From Elusimicrobiota bacterium (GTDB lineage Bacteria; Elusimicrobiota; UBA8919), in the NCBI GenBank assembly GCA_003452965.1, contig DMMW01000002.1:43975-107974 (forward strand): a stretch of 64,000 nucleotides of DNA, given 5' to 3'. The position numbers and the translations under genes are program-made. The notes beneath the pieces are model-generated. The model did no database searches, had not been told where the DNA came from, and saw only the letters and a list, made by a program, of their open reading frames with translations. This document shows positions 9,557 to 23,515 of the stretch, in pieces (position 1 is the first letter of the stretch; the number at the start of each line of letters is the position of its first letter).

Positions 9557-10558
9557 ATGAATTATCCTAAAGTAAGTATATTAGTACCAACATATAATCG
9601 TTCAAAATATTTACAGGAATGTTTAGAAAGTGTTTTGATGCAAGATTATCCGAATTTTGAGGTTATTGTTTCAGATAATGCATCTATTGATGATACGGAT
9701 CAAATAATAAAAAAATATTTAGTTGATAATCGAGTAAAATATTATCGACAAAACAGTAATATAGGTATTGTTTCTAATTGGAAAAAATTATTATATGAAT
9801 ATGCAACAGGTGAATACGGAAAACTTATATGTGACGATGATTATCTAATTGATAAAGAACATGTGAAAAAGTGCATAAATCTAATTTTAAAAAACAAATT
9901 AGATATAGTATTATCGGGTTCTATGGGTAGAATTGAAAATGAAATTGGATTAATAAAAGAGATAGTGATAGACCCTGAAATACCGGAGATTACTAACGCT
10001 GAATGGTGGCTTGAAAATTGGGCGAGAAAAATAAACGGGGCATTTTTATTTTTGAATTTCAATGATGGTGCGGTATTTAATATAAAAAGAGCTAAGGAAT
10101 TAGAAGCATTCGTACCAGATTGTTACGGATTAGATTATGAGATATTGCAAAGATTTATATTGAGCGGCAAAGTCGGATATGTTAGGGGTTGTCACTTCGT
10201 GGCACGTACGCATCCCAATAATGACGGTCGTATAGAGCGTTTTGAAAATGCATTTGCAGGCATGGAAATGTTCAATCGTATTCAAGAATATGGTTTGAGT
10301 TTAGGATTGTCAGAAAAAAAAATGCTAAAATTAAAGAGGCGTAATATTATTGTTTTTACTCTTATTTTTCTTGTTAATAAGTGGTTCTTGGCAAAAGGTG
10401 TTTCACTAAAATCAATATACGAATTTTATAATAGAATGAATAAATTGAATAAAACTGTTTTTATTCCGATAATTACTAATTATGCCACTTTGTCAATGAT
10501 GTTTCAACAAAAGAATATCAAAATGTATAAATTATTAAAAAGAATGGCTGGAAAATGA
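9557..10558 (+). CDS. GT2-family glycosyltransferase
   Basis: VSILVPTYNRSKYLQECLESVLMQDYPNFEVIVSDNAS; CDDDY; ATG 4 nt after motif copy 9536-9552 that overlaps upstream stop. Confidence 0.7.
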   Translation: MNYPKVSILVPTYNRSKYLQECLESVLMQDYPNFEVIVSDNASIDDTDQIIKKYLVDNRVKYYRQNSNIGIVSNWKKLLYEYATGEYGKLICDDDYLIDKEHVKKCINLILKNKLDIVLSGSMGRIENEIGLIKEIVIDPEIPEITNAEWWLENWARKINGAFLFLNFNDGAVFNIKRAKELEAFVPDCYGLDYEILQRFILSGKVGYVRGCHFVARTHPNNDGRIERFENAFAGMEMFNRIQEYGLSLGLSEKKMLKLKRRNIIVFTLIFLVNKWFLAKGVSLKSIYEFYNRMNKLNKTVFIPIITNYATLSMMFQQKNIKMYKLLKRMAGK

Positions 10559-11763
10559 AAATTGCAATAATACATCCTGATTTTAATACGAAAGGTGGGG
10601 CAGAGAATGTAATTTATTGGTTATGCGAAGAATTGTCTAAAAAGAATGATTTAGAAATAGTTTTGTTCAGTGTTAATTTTGCCGATATGAAAGAAAAATT
10701 TAAAAATATAAAGGGTTTGCAAGTAAAAGAGATTTACATACCCAAAGTTTTAAGAAATAATCAGTTAGGAAGATTAATATTCGCGACTTTTTATTTAAAG
10801 AAATATTTAAGAAACTATAATATTATTAATCCGCACAACTATCCTGCATCTCTTTGGGTAGGAATAGCTAATTTATTGTCAGGAAAAAAACTGCCAAAAA
10901 TAGTATGGTCATGTAATGAACCAACCCGTTTTTTATATAGGAAAATTACTAATAAGCATACACCGGAAAATTTACAAGTATTACATTCAGAGCTGGATGA
11001 AAATTTAAATATAAAACTTAAAAGTAAAATAAAATTTATTATAAAAAGTATTTATAAACCAATTTTAAGATACATAGATAAAAAAGCTATCAAGACATTC
11101 AGTAAGACACTGACTTTAAGTAATGCAGTTGCTGAGCAAATTAAGAAAATATACAGAATAAAAAATGTTTTTACATGCTATATGGGTGTTAAAGATATCG
11201 GACAACAGGATATAGTTGGGTGGAATAAAGGATATTTTATTACTGTAAGCCGTTTGGAAGGCTGTAAAAATATTCAAAATGTTATTAAGGCATTTGCACT
11301 TATTAAAGAACTTGGTAGGTTAAAAGATATGAAATATTTTATTATCGGTAATGGTCCAATGGAAAGTTATCTTAAAAATATGATTATAGAAAACAATCTT
11401 TCAGATAGTATAATAATGCTCGGCTATATTTCAAGAGAAGAATTGGTTAATCATTATAAAAACTGCTTATGCATTCTATATCTTCCTTTTGATGAACCTT
11501 TTGGTCTTCCGTATTTGGAAGCAGCAGTATTTTCTAAACCTACAATTGCAAGCAATCACGGCGGTCCTTTGGAATTGGTAGTTGACGGTAAAACTGGTTT
11601 ATTAGCAGATCCATCAAATATCAGGGAAATATCTGAAAAAATAGAAAAAGTATTTCAAAATAAAATTATGGCTGAAGAAATGGGAAACAATGCCAATAAG
11701 TATATTAAAGATAATTTTACTTGGGGAAAATATATAGATAGGTATCTTGGATATATGCAATGA
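10555..11763 (+). CDS. GT4-family (GT-B) glycosyltransferase
   Basis: C-terminal EPFGLPYLEAAVFSKPTIASNHGGPLELVVDGKTGLL (E-x7-E region). Confidence 0.75.
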   Translation: MKIAIIHPDFNTKGGAENVIYWLCEELSKKNDLEIVLFSVNFADMKEKFKNIKGLQVKEIYIPKVLRNNQLGRLIFATFYLKKYLRNYNIINPHNYPASLWVGIANLLSGKKLPKIVWSCNEPTRFLYRKITNKHTPENLQVLHSELDENLNIKLKSKIKFIIKSIYKPILRYIDKKAIKTFSKTLTLSNAVAEQIKKIYRIKNVFTCYMGVKDIGQQDIVGWNKGYFITVSRLEGCKNIQNVIKAFALIKELGRLKDMKYFIIGNGPMESYLKNMIIENNLSDSIIMLGYISREELVNHYKNCLCILYLPFDEPFGLPYLEAAVFSKPTIASNHGGPLELVVDGKTGLLADPSNIREISEKIEKVFQNKIMAEEMGNNANKYIKDNFTWGKYIDRYLGYMQ

Positions 11764-11793
11764 TATTATTATTTTAAGTTGAATATCAAAATT

Positions 11794-14730
11794 ATGAAAA
11801 ATAAAAATATATTATTAATTATATTATCGCTTGTTTTGATAATAATTATTTCAACAATAATAGAATATAATCATTACAGGAAAACAACCACGGTAGACAT
11901 ATTGGGCATGAATATACCGATGTTTAGTGTAATAGGTAAGGTATCAGACAGCCGGATAATCACAGATGGAGAAAAGGAAGGGTATTTGGCATATGGTCCA
12001 TATATACCGTTAGACAAAGGAGAATATGAAGTAAAGTACAAAATAAAATTGAACAAGTCGAATCCGAATATAAGCAGCACAACATTAGTAGGATATTGTG
12101 ATATAGACATAGAAGGACATCCCCAACTTGGGTATCGTGCAGACTTAATAGTCAATAACTTTAAGAATATAAAAGAGAATGAAGTATCGCTTAGGTTTAC
12201 AGTACCTGGAGGTAAACCGAAAATACAATATAGAGTATATCAATATGGTGGCAATAATTTATCGTTAATAGGATTAAAATATTATCCAATAGGTTTAAGA
12301 GATTTTATAATAGATAAAGAAGGAAAATTGAATTTTAAAACAATTCATATATTTATAATAATATTTTTAGTATACATGTATATTAGGCTTATATTGAAAA
12401 CAAAGAAAAATAATCTAATCAAATATTTTATAATAAATACTATTACTATAGTCATTTCCGGATTGATAGTTGCCTTAATTTGGCAATATAAGAATTATTC
12501 GATACATAATTATACAGATTATTATGATATGTGGAAAGTATTTTATGCCCCATTATGGATGTCTCTTTTATTTATATTTTTTAATTTACTTTATTTAATT
12601 AACAATAGTTTTGGGTTTAATGTGCAAATCGAAAAATATCTTAGATATGATAGATATTCTTTAGTAATAATTCCGATATACATATTAGCAGAATTGTTTT
12701 ACAAAAATTTCAACACTCAATTTGTACTCGGTAATTTTTATCTAAGCACTTTGATAATCAAAGGGCTTATATATTTTTCTTTCCTTTGGCAAAATATAAA
12801 AGATAAAAATCAGATAGACAAATATCTGAAATGGAGTATAATTTTAAGTATTTTTACAATATATTTTTTAATTACTCCTTGGGTAAATGCCAGTTTTCAT
12901 AGCGATGGTGATGAGTCACTTTACTTATTACAGACGCAAAGTATAATAAAAGATTTAGATATAGATATAAAAAACAATGTGATACAAAATGATAGTATTT
13001 CTTATCATCCAAATTTACAATGGACTAAATGGCACGGGTCATACAGCAGACCTCTAACGTCATATATATTAATGCCGGGATTTTTACTATTAGGGCGGTT
13101 TGGTGCAACAATGACAATTAATCTGTTCGGTGCATTACTGGCAATTAATATATTATTATTGGCGTATTTATTTTCAAAATCAATAAAAGCAAGTTTTATT
13201 GCAATGATGGTAACTGTTTTTAGTTGTCCTGTCGGTATTTATTCATTTCTTGTATATCCAGAAATAATAGCGTCTTTAATTATGATATACTTAATAAGAA
13301 AAATATTATTAATTAATTTCGAATTGAATAATATAATAGTGCCAGTAATATTAATAATATCAATTATGTTATTAAAAGAAAGATATATTGTTTTGGTGTT
13401 GGCATTAAGTATTTTATTAATAATAAAAGTGGTAAAAAATACGAGAAGATTATTGTTAGTTACTTGTATGTTGATAATCGTATCAATTATATTTTTAATT
13501 TACGATAAAATTATTTGGGAAGGGGATATAGTCAAGAAAATAATGTTTCATTTTAGAAATTATAGTGATTATAGACAATTACTTATTGGCAGTTTAGGAT
13601 TATTGTTAGATCAAGAGAGCGGTTTATTGATTTATGCTCCATTTTATATCTTTAGTACTTTAGGAATGCTTAGTTTATTAAAATATAATAAAAAATATGG
13701 CTGGATGTTATTGTTATTATTTTCATTATACTATTTGACAATTCCTACAAGTGAATTCTGGGCAACATATGGTTCTCCAGCCTCAAGATATATAGTAGTT
13801 GTTATCCCGATATTATCAATAGCATTCAGTATTTATATTATTCATTTAAAAAAAATATTGTTAAAAATATTGACGATTTTTTTACTCGGATGGTCTTTTA
13901 TAATTTATTTTATACTTATCCTTATTCCACAATATAGGGTTCATAGCCCCAATTATGCAACCGGTAAAAATGAGTTACTGGATAGGTTGTATGCTACCGG
14001 ATTGTTCCCAAACTTGACACCATATTTTTCTTCATTCTTAAAAATATCGGATACAACTTATTATTTAATAGTTTTATTTGTGGTTGTATTTGTAGTGCTA
14101 CTAATTTATTATATTAAGCAGGAAAATATTACTGCGGAAACATATGACAAGAAAAAGGTATTAAAAATCACTGCGGTTATAGTTTGTATTATTGGTTTTT
14201 TGCTAGTATTCGCAGAAATCAGTTATTATAAATATCAGGTATTTGAAGTCGAAGATTATTATACCGGTGGTGGGACGATATGGCAAGAAGGTTTGATATA
14301 CAAAGGCAAAGGTTTTTTCTCACTTCTAAAAACATCATTAAGGAAAAATGAAGAAGTGAATGTAAAGATAATAGCAAAAGGTGATATATCTAAGAACTTA
14401 CCTGAAATTAGTGCTGAAACTGTTAATAATAAAGATAGAGAAAAAGTTGGAAAAACTATGATTGACAGCAGAGATTGGAAAGAATATGATATTTTATATA
14501 AATCAACGAAAGGTGATTTAAGTCCTTTTTGGTTTATTTACGATAATTATACTGAAGGTAAAGATGTTCTTATAGATAAAATTATATTTTCATCAATAGA
14601 AAAAAAGTCTTGGTTAGGATTTATAAATTATCAATTAGGCAAAATAGATAGACGTTTGGGTTTAATAGATTATGCACATATTAGATTTGAAAAAGCTGCA
14701 AAATTAGGATATAAAATTGAAAAAAAATAA
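11794..14730 (+). CDS. large polytopic membrane protein with N-terminal ~110-aa repeat domain and C-terminal soluble domain; tentatively GT-C-fold glycosyltransferase (ArnT/PMT-like)
   Basis: N-terminal EGYLAYGPYIPLDKGEYEVKYK..VGYCDIDIEGHP..FTVPGGKPKIQYRVYQYGGNNLSL; about 16 hydrophobic helices; loop motif DGDESLYLL reminiscent of DE..Y motif of GT-C enzymes. Confidence 0.4.
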   Translation: MKNKNILLIILSLVLIIIISTIIEYNHYRKTTTVDILGMNIPMFSVIGKVSDSRIITDGEKEGYLAYGPYIPLDKGEYEVKYKIKLNKSNPNISSTTLVGYCDIDIEGHPQLGYRADLIVNNFKNIKENEVSLRFTVPGGKPKIQYRVYQYGGNNLSLIGLKYYPIGLRDFIIDKEGKLNFKTIHIFIIIFLVYMYIRLILKTKKNNLIKYFIINTITIVISGLIVALIWQYKNYSIHNYTDYYDMWKVFYAPLWMSLLFIFFNLLYLINNSFGFNVQIEKYLRYDRYSLVIIPIYILAELFYKNFNTQFVLGNFYLSTLIIKGLIYFSFLWQNIKDKNQIDKYLKWSIILSIFTIYFLITPWVNASFHSDGDESLYLLQTQSIIKDLDIDIKNNVIQNDSISYHPNLQWTKWHGSYSRPLTSYILMPGFLLLGRFGATMTINLFGALLAINILLLAYLFSKSIKASFIAMMVTVFSCPVGIYSFLVYPEIIASLIMIYLIRKILLINFELNNIIVPVILIISIMLLKERYIVLVLALSILLIIKVVKNTRRLLLVTCMLIIVSIIFLIYDKIIWEGDIVKKIMFHFRNYSDYRQLLIGSLGLLLDQESGLLIYAPFYIFSTLGMLSLLKYNKKYGWMLLLLFSLYYLTIPTSEFWATYGSPASRYIVVVIPILSIAFSIYIIHLKKILLKILTIFLLGWSFIIYFILILIPQYRVHSPNYATGKNELLDRLYATGLFPNLTPYFSSFLKISDTTYYLIVLFVVVFVVLLIYYIKQENITAETYDKKKVLKITAVIVCIIGFLLVFAEISYYKYQVFEVEDYYTGGGTIWQEGLIYKGKGFFSLLKTSLRKNEEVNVKIIAKGDISKNLPEISAETVNNKDREKVGKTMIDSRDWKEYDILYKSTKGDLSPFWFIYDNYTEGKDVLIDKIIFSSIEKKSWLGFINYQLGKIDRRLGLIDYAHIRFEKAAKLGYKIEKK

Positions 14731-14766
14731 TTTTTATGATATAATATATTTTTTATAGGAGGGATC

Positions 14767-17546
<2,780 letters not shown>

Positions 17547-17550
<4 letters not shown>

Positions 17551-19742
17551 ATACAGGTTGGATAAAATTAATTTGCACAATCGGACCAAGCTCTTCAAAT
17601 CCATACGTTTTGAGGCGTATGAAACAACTTGGAGTAAGTTTATTACGTATTAATATGTCGCACACTTCAATAGAACAATTGGATAAAGCAGTAAAATCTA
17701 TAAGGGCTGCGACAGATATTCCTATTTGCATAGATACTGAAGGCGCGCAGATTAGAACAGGTAAAGTTGTAAATAATAACTTAGAATTAAAACAAGGTGC
17801 GATTATAGAGTTAACCAAAAAAAATATTATTGGTGATTCTCAAATATTAACTCTTACACCGGACAGTATTTTTAATCAAATAAAAATAGGCACTATGCTA
17901 TTTTTAGATTTCAACAAAGTCACGATATTGATTGTTGATACTACTGAGACAGGTAGTTTTTTAGCAAAAGTTATGCAAACAGGGATAATCGGCAGTAATA
18001 AAGCTGTTAATATAGATAAAGATATTGATTTACCGAGTATTACAAAAAAGGATTTGAAAGCTATTCAGTACGCTAATAAAAATAATATAGATATTTTCGC
18101 CTTATCTTTTTCTAAAGGAAAAGAAGCAATAAAACGTTTAAGATCGCTTGCGAAAAGGAATGCGACAATTATATCCAAGGTAGAAAGTTGTAAAGGTATA
18201 AATAATATAAATGACATAATACAATATTCGGATGCTATTTTAATAGACAGGGGTGATCTTTCCAGAGAAAAACCTGTAGAGAAAATCCCTGCATTACAAA
18301 AGATGATTATTACTAAAGCACATCAAAAACCTATTCCTGTATATGTTGCAACAAATCTACTTGAATCCATGGTAACCAATCCTTTCCCTTCAAGAGCAGA
18401 AATAAATGATATAGCTAATACTTTGGCAGACGGAGCAAATGGATTAGTTCTTGCTGCAGAAACTGCAATCGGTAAATATCCTGTTCAATGTGTAAACATG
18501 GTAGGAAAAATGATAAAACAATACAATTCTGAAATTGCAGAAATTGCAAAGTTAGGAATTTCGTGGAAGGGTATAGATTTGATAAATAATACCAGGTTGC
18601 CGCATGGCTATAGCTCTGATGATTATAGGATAAGTTTAAAAACATTTAAAAAGAAAAAAAATAGACAAAGTATATCTATCAATTCTTTTGCAATTAGTGA
18701 TATAAATAATATAACGAACGGATGTTACTCGCCGTTAACAGGTTTTATGACAAAAGAAGAAACAGATTGTGTGCTTGATTATTATTCTTTACCTAATGGT
18801 ATTATATGGCCGATGCCTATAGTTTTGCAAACTTCATTAAATAAGATTAATATGGGTATAGGCGAAACTGTAGCATTAGTTGATAGGTATAGCAATAAAC
18901 GTGTAAGTTATATAACTATAAGTGATATATATAAATTAGATAAAAAAGATATTTCAAAAAGATGGTTCAAGACCGATAGTTTGAAGCATCCTGGGGTAAA
19001 AAGGATATTTAATGGCGGTGATTATTTTATAGGCGGTGAGATTAGTCAAGAGGAAGTATATTATAAAATGTCTCCGGAATATTGTTTAACTCCTTCACAA
19101 GTAAGAGCTATATTTGCAAATAGAGGTTGGGATAGAGTTGTAGGGTTTCATACCCGTAATATACCTCATCGTGCCCATGAATATATTCAGATGAAAGCAA
19201 TGGAAAAAGTAGATGCCGATGGTTTATTTATACATCCGGCAATCGGTGAAAAAAAGAGCGGAGATTTTACAATTGATGCAATAATAGAAAGTTATAAAGC
19301 GTATATTGATGCTGCCGGTTTAAGCAGTAAAACCTTGTTAAGCGGTTTTTTGGCGAATAGTTGGTATTCAGGGCCTAGAGAAGCGGTTTTTACGGCTATT
19401 TGCCGTAAAAACTACGGTTGTTCGCATTTTGTCATCGGCAGAGACCATACAGGTGTTGCAGATTTTTACAAGCCGAGTGAAATACATGATTTATTTGATA
19501 AGTTGGGAGATATTGGTATTAAACCTATTTTTTTTGATACGGTTGTTTACGATAGTAAGAAGAAAGCTTATGAAGAAATACCTTTTGAAAAAATATCCAA
19601 AAAATATAAAAAAATATCAGGAACAAAAGTAAGAGATTTACTATCCGAAAGGAAATCTCCGCCAGTATGGATGGTTAGAGAAGAAGTGAGTAAACAACTT
19701 CTGAAAAGCATATCTAAAGGAAAGAATATATTAGTTAAATGA
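17547..19742 (+). CDS. sat: fusion protein: N-terminal pyruvate-kinase-like catalytic domain (about 350 aa, no C-terminal regulatory domain) + C-terminal sulfate adenylyltransferase (ATP sulfurylase, Sat)
   Basis: PK motifs KLICTIGP, RINMSHT, ICIDTEGAQIRTG, ISKVESCKG, LIDRGDLS, NLLESM..NPFPSRAEINDIAN..AAETAIGKYP; Sat motifs CYSPLTGF, GFHTRNIPHRAHE, VIGRDHTGV; single uninterrupted 731-aa ORF. Confidence 0.75.
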
Positions 19743-20269
19743 AAAATGGATTAATTGTGTGGTTAACGGGTTTATCCGGTTCCGGAAAAAGTACTATTGC
19801 AAATATAGCAGTCAAAAAACTAAAAAAAGCAAATATAAAGTCGGAAATAATAGATGGTGATGCCGTAAGAAGTCTAACTACAAAACACTTGAAGTTTTCC
19901 AAATCTGATATATCAGAGAATAATAGAATAATTTCGGATGTTTGTGAAGAAAAAAGAAAATATTTGGATGTGGTTATTGTAACGGTTATAGCACCGTTTA
20001 AAGAAATAAGAAAAGAAATCAGGGATAGATTCGGTAAGTTATACAAAGAAGTGTATGTAAAAGCTTCATTAGATACTGTAATTAAAAGAGATCCGAAAAA
20101 CTTATATGAAAAAGCTAGGCAGGGTCTGATAAAAAATATGATAGGTTTTTCTAAAAGTGTTCCATATGAAGCACCTGATAATCCGGATCTTATATTAGAT
20201 ACCGAGAGAAAAGAAGCGGATGAATTAGCATTAGATTTAAAAAAATTTGTAACGGACAGTATTGATTAG
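19739..20269 (+). CDS. cysC: adenylyl-sulfate (APS) kinase
   Basis: P-loop GLSGSGKST, IDGDAVR, LKFSKSDISENNRIIS, RDPKNLYEKA. Confidence 0.85.
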   Translation: MKNGLIVWLTGLSGSGKSTIANIAVKKLKKANIKSEIIDGDAVRSLTTKHLKFSKSDISENNRIISDVCEEKRKYLDVVIVTVIAPFKEIRKEIRDRFGKLYKEVYVKASLDTVIKRDPKNLYEKARQGLIKNMIGFSKSVPYEAPDNPDLILDTERKEADELALDLKKFVTDSID

Positions 20270-20285
20270 AATTTAAAAAAATATT

Positions 20286-21062
20286 ATGTTATATAAGATA
20301 GTGAAATTAGTAGAAAGAATTTTTAAAAATATATTAATCAAAATTACTGATAAATATAATTATTATCATCCTGCAAGTGTAAAATACAGGAAATCACAGG
20401 AAGAGAATTATAATATTTTTCGAAGAACTTTTCCGGATAAAATATTTTTCAAATACATTATAAATAGGTCTGGAGCCGGCAAGTCACATATGGCAGAGCT
20501 TGCACAGTTTAATTTTGCTTCAAATGAATTATTTGCTCTTAAACCGAAAAAAATACTGGATATCGGCAGTCATTTGTCATGGCTGAGTGGGGTAGGGAGT
20601 CATTATAATTTGAAAACAATTGACATAAGAAAAAAAGATATAGTTTTAAATGCTGAAGAGTCTTTCATTGGTAGGGCAGAAAAGTTGCCGTTTAATAATG
20701 AATCAATTGAATGCATCACCAGTTTATGTTCCATCGAACATTTTGGATTAGGTTCCTATGGTGACGAAATTGACCCGTACGGAGATGTTAAAGCAATAGC
20801 TGAAATTGAAAGAGTTTTAAAAAGAGATGGTAGTTTTATTTTTTCTACTACTTTGACTAGAAATAAATCTTATATCGTATTTAATACTCACCGGGTTTAT
20901 TCAGTACAGGATATAAGAAAAATGCTTAATAAATATTTCAAACCTGCAAAAGAGCAGTTTTATTCAATGAAATTAGAAAAAAATATTAGCGAAGAGCTTG
21001 TTGCGGATAAAATAGGGGCCTCTGAATTTGATATTTATTTAGGCCATTGGAAGAAAAATTAA
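20286..21062 (+). CDS. putative SAM-dependent methyltransferase (DUF268-like)
   Basis: SIEHFGLGSYGDEIDPYGDVKAIAEIERVLKRDGSFIF methyltransferase-type C-terminal block. Confidence 0.4.
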   Translation: MLYKIVKLVERIFKNILIKITDKYNYYHPASVKYRKSQEENYNIFRRTFPDKIFFKYIINRSGAGKSHMAELAQFNFASNELFALKPKKILDIGSHLSWLSGVGSHYNLKTIDIRKKDIVLNAEESFIGRAEKLPFNNESIECITSLCSIEHFGLGSYGDEIDPYGDVKAIAEIERVLKRDGSFIFSTTLTRNKSYIVFNTHRVYSVQDIRKMLNKYFKPAKEQFYSMKLEKNISEELVADKIGASEFDIYLGHWKKN

Positions 21063-21086
21063 TTCAGAATCTATGGTAATTTAAAA

Positions 21087-22571
21087 ATGTCATCTAATAG
21101 TATTTCTGTCGGACACGAAATAATAAAATCGGCAAAATGGCGTATTATTTCATCAGGAACAAGTTATGTGTTTATGTTTGCAAGTATGATAGTACTTGCA
21201 CGTTTTATTAAACCAAGCGAATACGGGACAGCAGCTCTGGTTATAAGCAGTATAGCTTTCTTTAATATAATAAGTCAATTTGGATTTTCACCGTCAATCG
21301 TAGGTATTAAGGATATAGATAAATTATTTATTGACACACTCTTTACTTTTTCTTTAATATTTGCTTCAGTTCTTTACATTATACTATTTATAGTTTCACC
21401 GAAGATAGCGAAATTTTATAATAATCCGATTTTATCTAAATTATTGATTGTAACAGGGTTTACTTTATTTTTAAATATTATTATGTCTATACCGATTGCT
21501 TTGCTTCACCGTTCTTTGAATTATAAAAGAGAAACACAGGTTTTTTTAATTATGTCGCTTATTAGCAGTATTACTGCAATAATAATGGCTATTCTTGGTG
21601 CCGGAGTTTGGGCATTGGTTATACCACCGTTAGTCGGTAATTTATTTAGCGTATTTTTAGCTTTTTATTTTGCTGAATATTATCCAGCATTTAAACTAGA
21701 TATTTCAAGGCTGCGTAAATCCTTAAATTTCGGACTGTCAAGTTTCGTATCCAACATTACGTCATTTTTTTTCCATAATTCAATAGAACTTTTTATGGGA
21801 AAAATATGGCCTTCTGCAATACTCGGTTATTATACATTTGCCAAAGGGAAGTATCTTAAAGTAATTGAAGCTTTTTCATCTGTTTCTATAAGTTCTTTGT
21901 TTCCAATATTATCAAAAGTCAGCGAAGATAAAGTGCGACTAAAAAATGTTTTTTTTAGAATTTCAGAATTATTTAATTCTATTTTAATACCTATTTATGT
22001 TATTTTAATTGTCGGAGCTCACTTTATCTTTAATTTTTTATTTGGTGATATATGGAATCAAGCAATTATTCCGTTCCAGCTTTTGTGTTTTACTCAAATT
22101 ATTCGTTCAATAACTATAGCTGTAAATCATTTGCAATATGCCATAAATCAACCGGATGTTCCTGCAAAGGTACAAATAGTTGTAATTCCTATATATATAT
22201 TTATAATTTACATCTGTTATATTCATAAAACCAATTTAATTACTGTTATAATAATATTCACTATATTTAGCAGCTTGTTACCGTTATTAAATTTAGTAGT
22301 ATGTTTTATAAAATTAAAATTTAGTATAAAAGAGTTTTTTAGGCATACAATGTTATATTCATTATTGTCTAGTCTTGTTTTATTCTTTGTTTTGAATATT
22401 TCTTTTAAATATTTAAGACAAAATTCGAGGTTAAATATTATCAGTTTTATGTCGGTTATTTTTGTTTCTTTATTATTATATGTTTTAGTAAGGTATAAAT
22501 ATTTTTTTAATCAATTTTTAAATATACGCAGCATATTAAGGACAAAAAACATTTCTTTATTAAGTGAATAA
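21087..22571 (+). CDS. second MOP-superfamily polysaccharide flippase (Wzx-like)
   Basis: 494 aa, multi-helix hydrophobic profile typical of Polysacc_synt flippases. Confidence 0.55.
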   Translation: MSSNSISVGHEIIKSAKWRIISSGTSYVFMFASMIVLARFIKPSEYGTAALVISSIAFFNIISQFGFSPSIVGIKDIDKLFIDTLFTFSLIFASVLYIILFIVSPKIAKFYNNPILSKLLIVTGFTLFLNIIMSIPIALLHRSLNYKRETQVFLIMSLISSITAIIMAILGAGVWALVIPPLVGNLFSVFLAFYFAEYYPAFKLDISRLRKSLNFGLSSFVSNITSFFFHNSIELFMGKIWPSAILGYYTFAKGKYLKVIEAFSSVSISSLFPILSKVSEDKVRLKNVFFRISELFNSILIPIYVILIVGAHFIFNFLFGDIWNQAIIPFQLLCFTQIIRSITIAVNHLQYAINQPDVPAKVQIVVIPIYIFIIYICYIHKTNLITVIIIFTIFSSLLPLLNLVVCFIKLKFSIKEFFRHTMLYSLLSSLVLFFVLNISFKYLRQNSRLNIISFMSVIFVSLLLYVLVRYKYFFNQFLNIRSILRTKNISLLSE

Positions 22572-22589
22572 TAATTTAGAGGAGATAAG

Positions 22590-23492
22590 ATGGGATTAGT
22601 GAATGCAGAAGCAAAGATTTTATTAAAAGAATGTCATAAAGAATTAGAAATTGACAAATGCAATTTTAACGGAGCAAAGGCGATTGTTATAGGAACGGTT
22701 GATTATTACGTTGATTACAAATTACTTAAGAAATATGGATTTACTAATAAAGAAGAACATGAAATTCATAAGAAGCTGCCTGTGAATACAAACGAATGGT
22801 ATAATAGTAATAAAAAACTTTGTTCAAATTTTTTTAAACATTTTGGATATGATGATTATAAGGAAATAGATATTAATGAGCGGGCAGATATAAAAATAGA
22901 TTTAAATTATCCTATACCGGAAAATCTGAAAGGGCAATTTGATATTGTTTGGGATCATGGTTCGGTAGAACATATAATGAATATATGCCAGGCAATGAAT
23001 AATTTGGTGGATTTAGTAAAAGTTGGCGGTATAATTTTACATAGTCAGGGGACAGGTGACCAAACCAATGCCGGGTATTGGACGATATCTCCTAATTATT
23101 ATTTAGATTTTTATAAAGCAAATGGTTTTGAAATTAAAAAAATAATACTTCGTGATCGTAGAGGGCATTATGTTAAATATAGTGAAGTCAAAACAAAAAA
23201 TTCAACCATAGGCAGTTTAATTCCATTTTATTTATTGCCAAGTTTTCATCTTCGTCTTTTAAGAGATGATATAGTTTCAGGTATTTTTATTAAGTTTCCA
23301 TTTTTAAATTATGTGTATAACGGTTTAAACAGGCGTGTTCCGAAAATTGCAGGTGTTATTAATTTTATATTAGGCAGGAGTGCCACCGGTGGTGCCGATT
23401 GGTGCATTATGGTTATTGCCAAAAAAATAAAAGAAATTTCAAATAAAAGTTATGAGATACAAAATATATACCGTTCATCAAAAGCTATTTAG
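22590..23492 (+). CDS. putative SAM-dependent methyltransferase
   Basis: DIVWDHGSVEHIMN...LVKVGGIIL block (Methyltransf_11/23-like); RBS gaggag. Confidence 0.35.
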   Translation: MGLVNAEAKILLKECHKELEIDKCNFNGAKAIVIGTVDYYVDYKLLKKYGFTNKEEHEIHKKLPVNTNEWYNSNKKLCSNFFKHFGYDDYKEIDINERADIKIDLNYPIPENLKGQFDIVWDHGSVEHIMNICQAMNNLVDLVKVGGIILHSQGTGDQTNAGYWTISPNYYLDFYKANGFEIKKIILRDRRGHYVKYSEVKTKNSTIGSLIPFYLLPSFHLRLLRDDIVSGIFIKFPFLNYVYNGLNRRVPKIAGVINFILGRSATGGADWCIMVIAKKIKEISNKSYEIQNIYRSSKAI

Positions 23493-23515
23493 TGAAGCTA
23501 TTTGCGGAGTTATTT

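Noticed and set aside
18640-18670. Possibility that the PK::Sat fusion is an assembly frameshift joining two genes at the A-rich linker (aaaaagaaaaaaaat)
   Set aside because: The frame is continuous as given and both modules are complete and collinear; still worth re-checking in raw reads, as noted in the finding.
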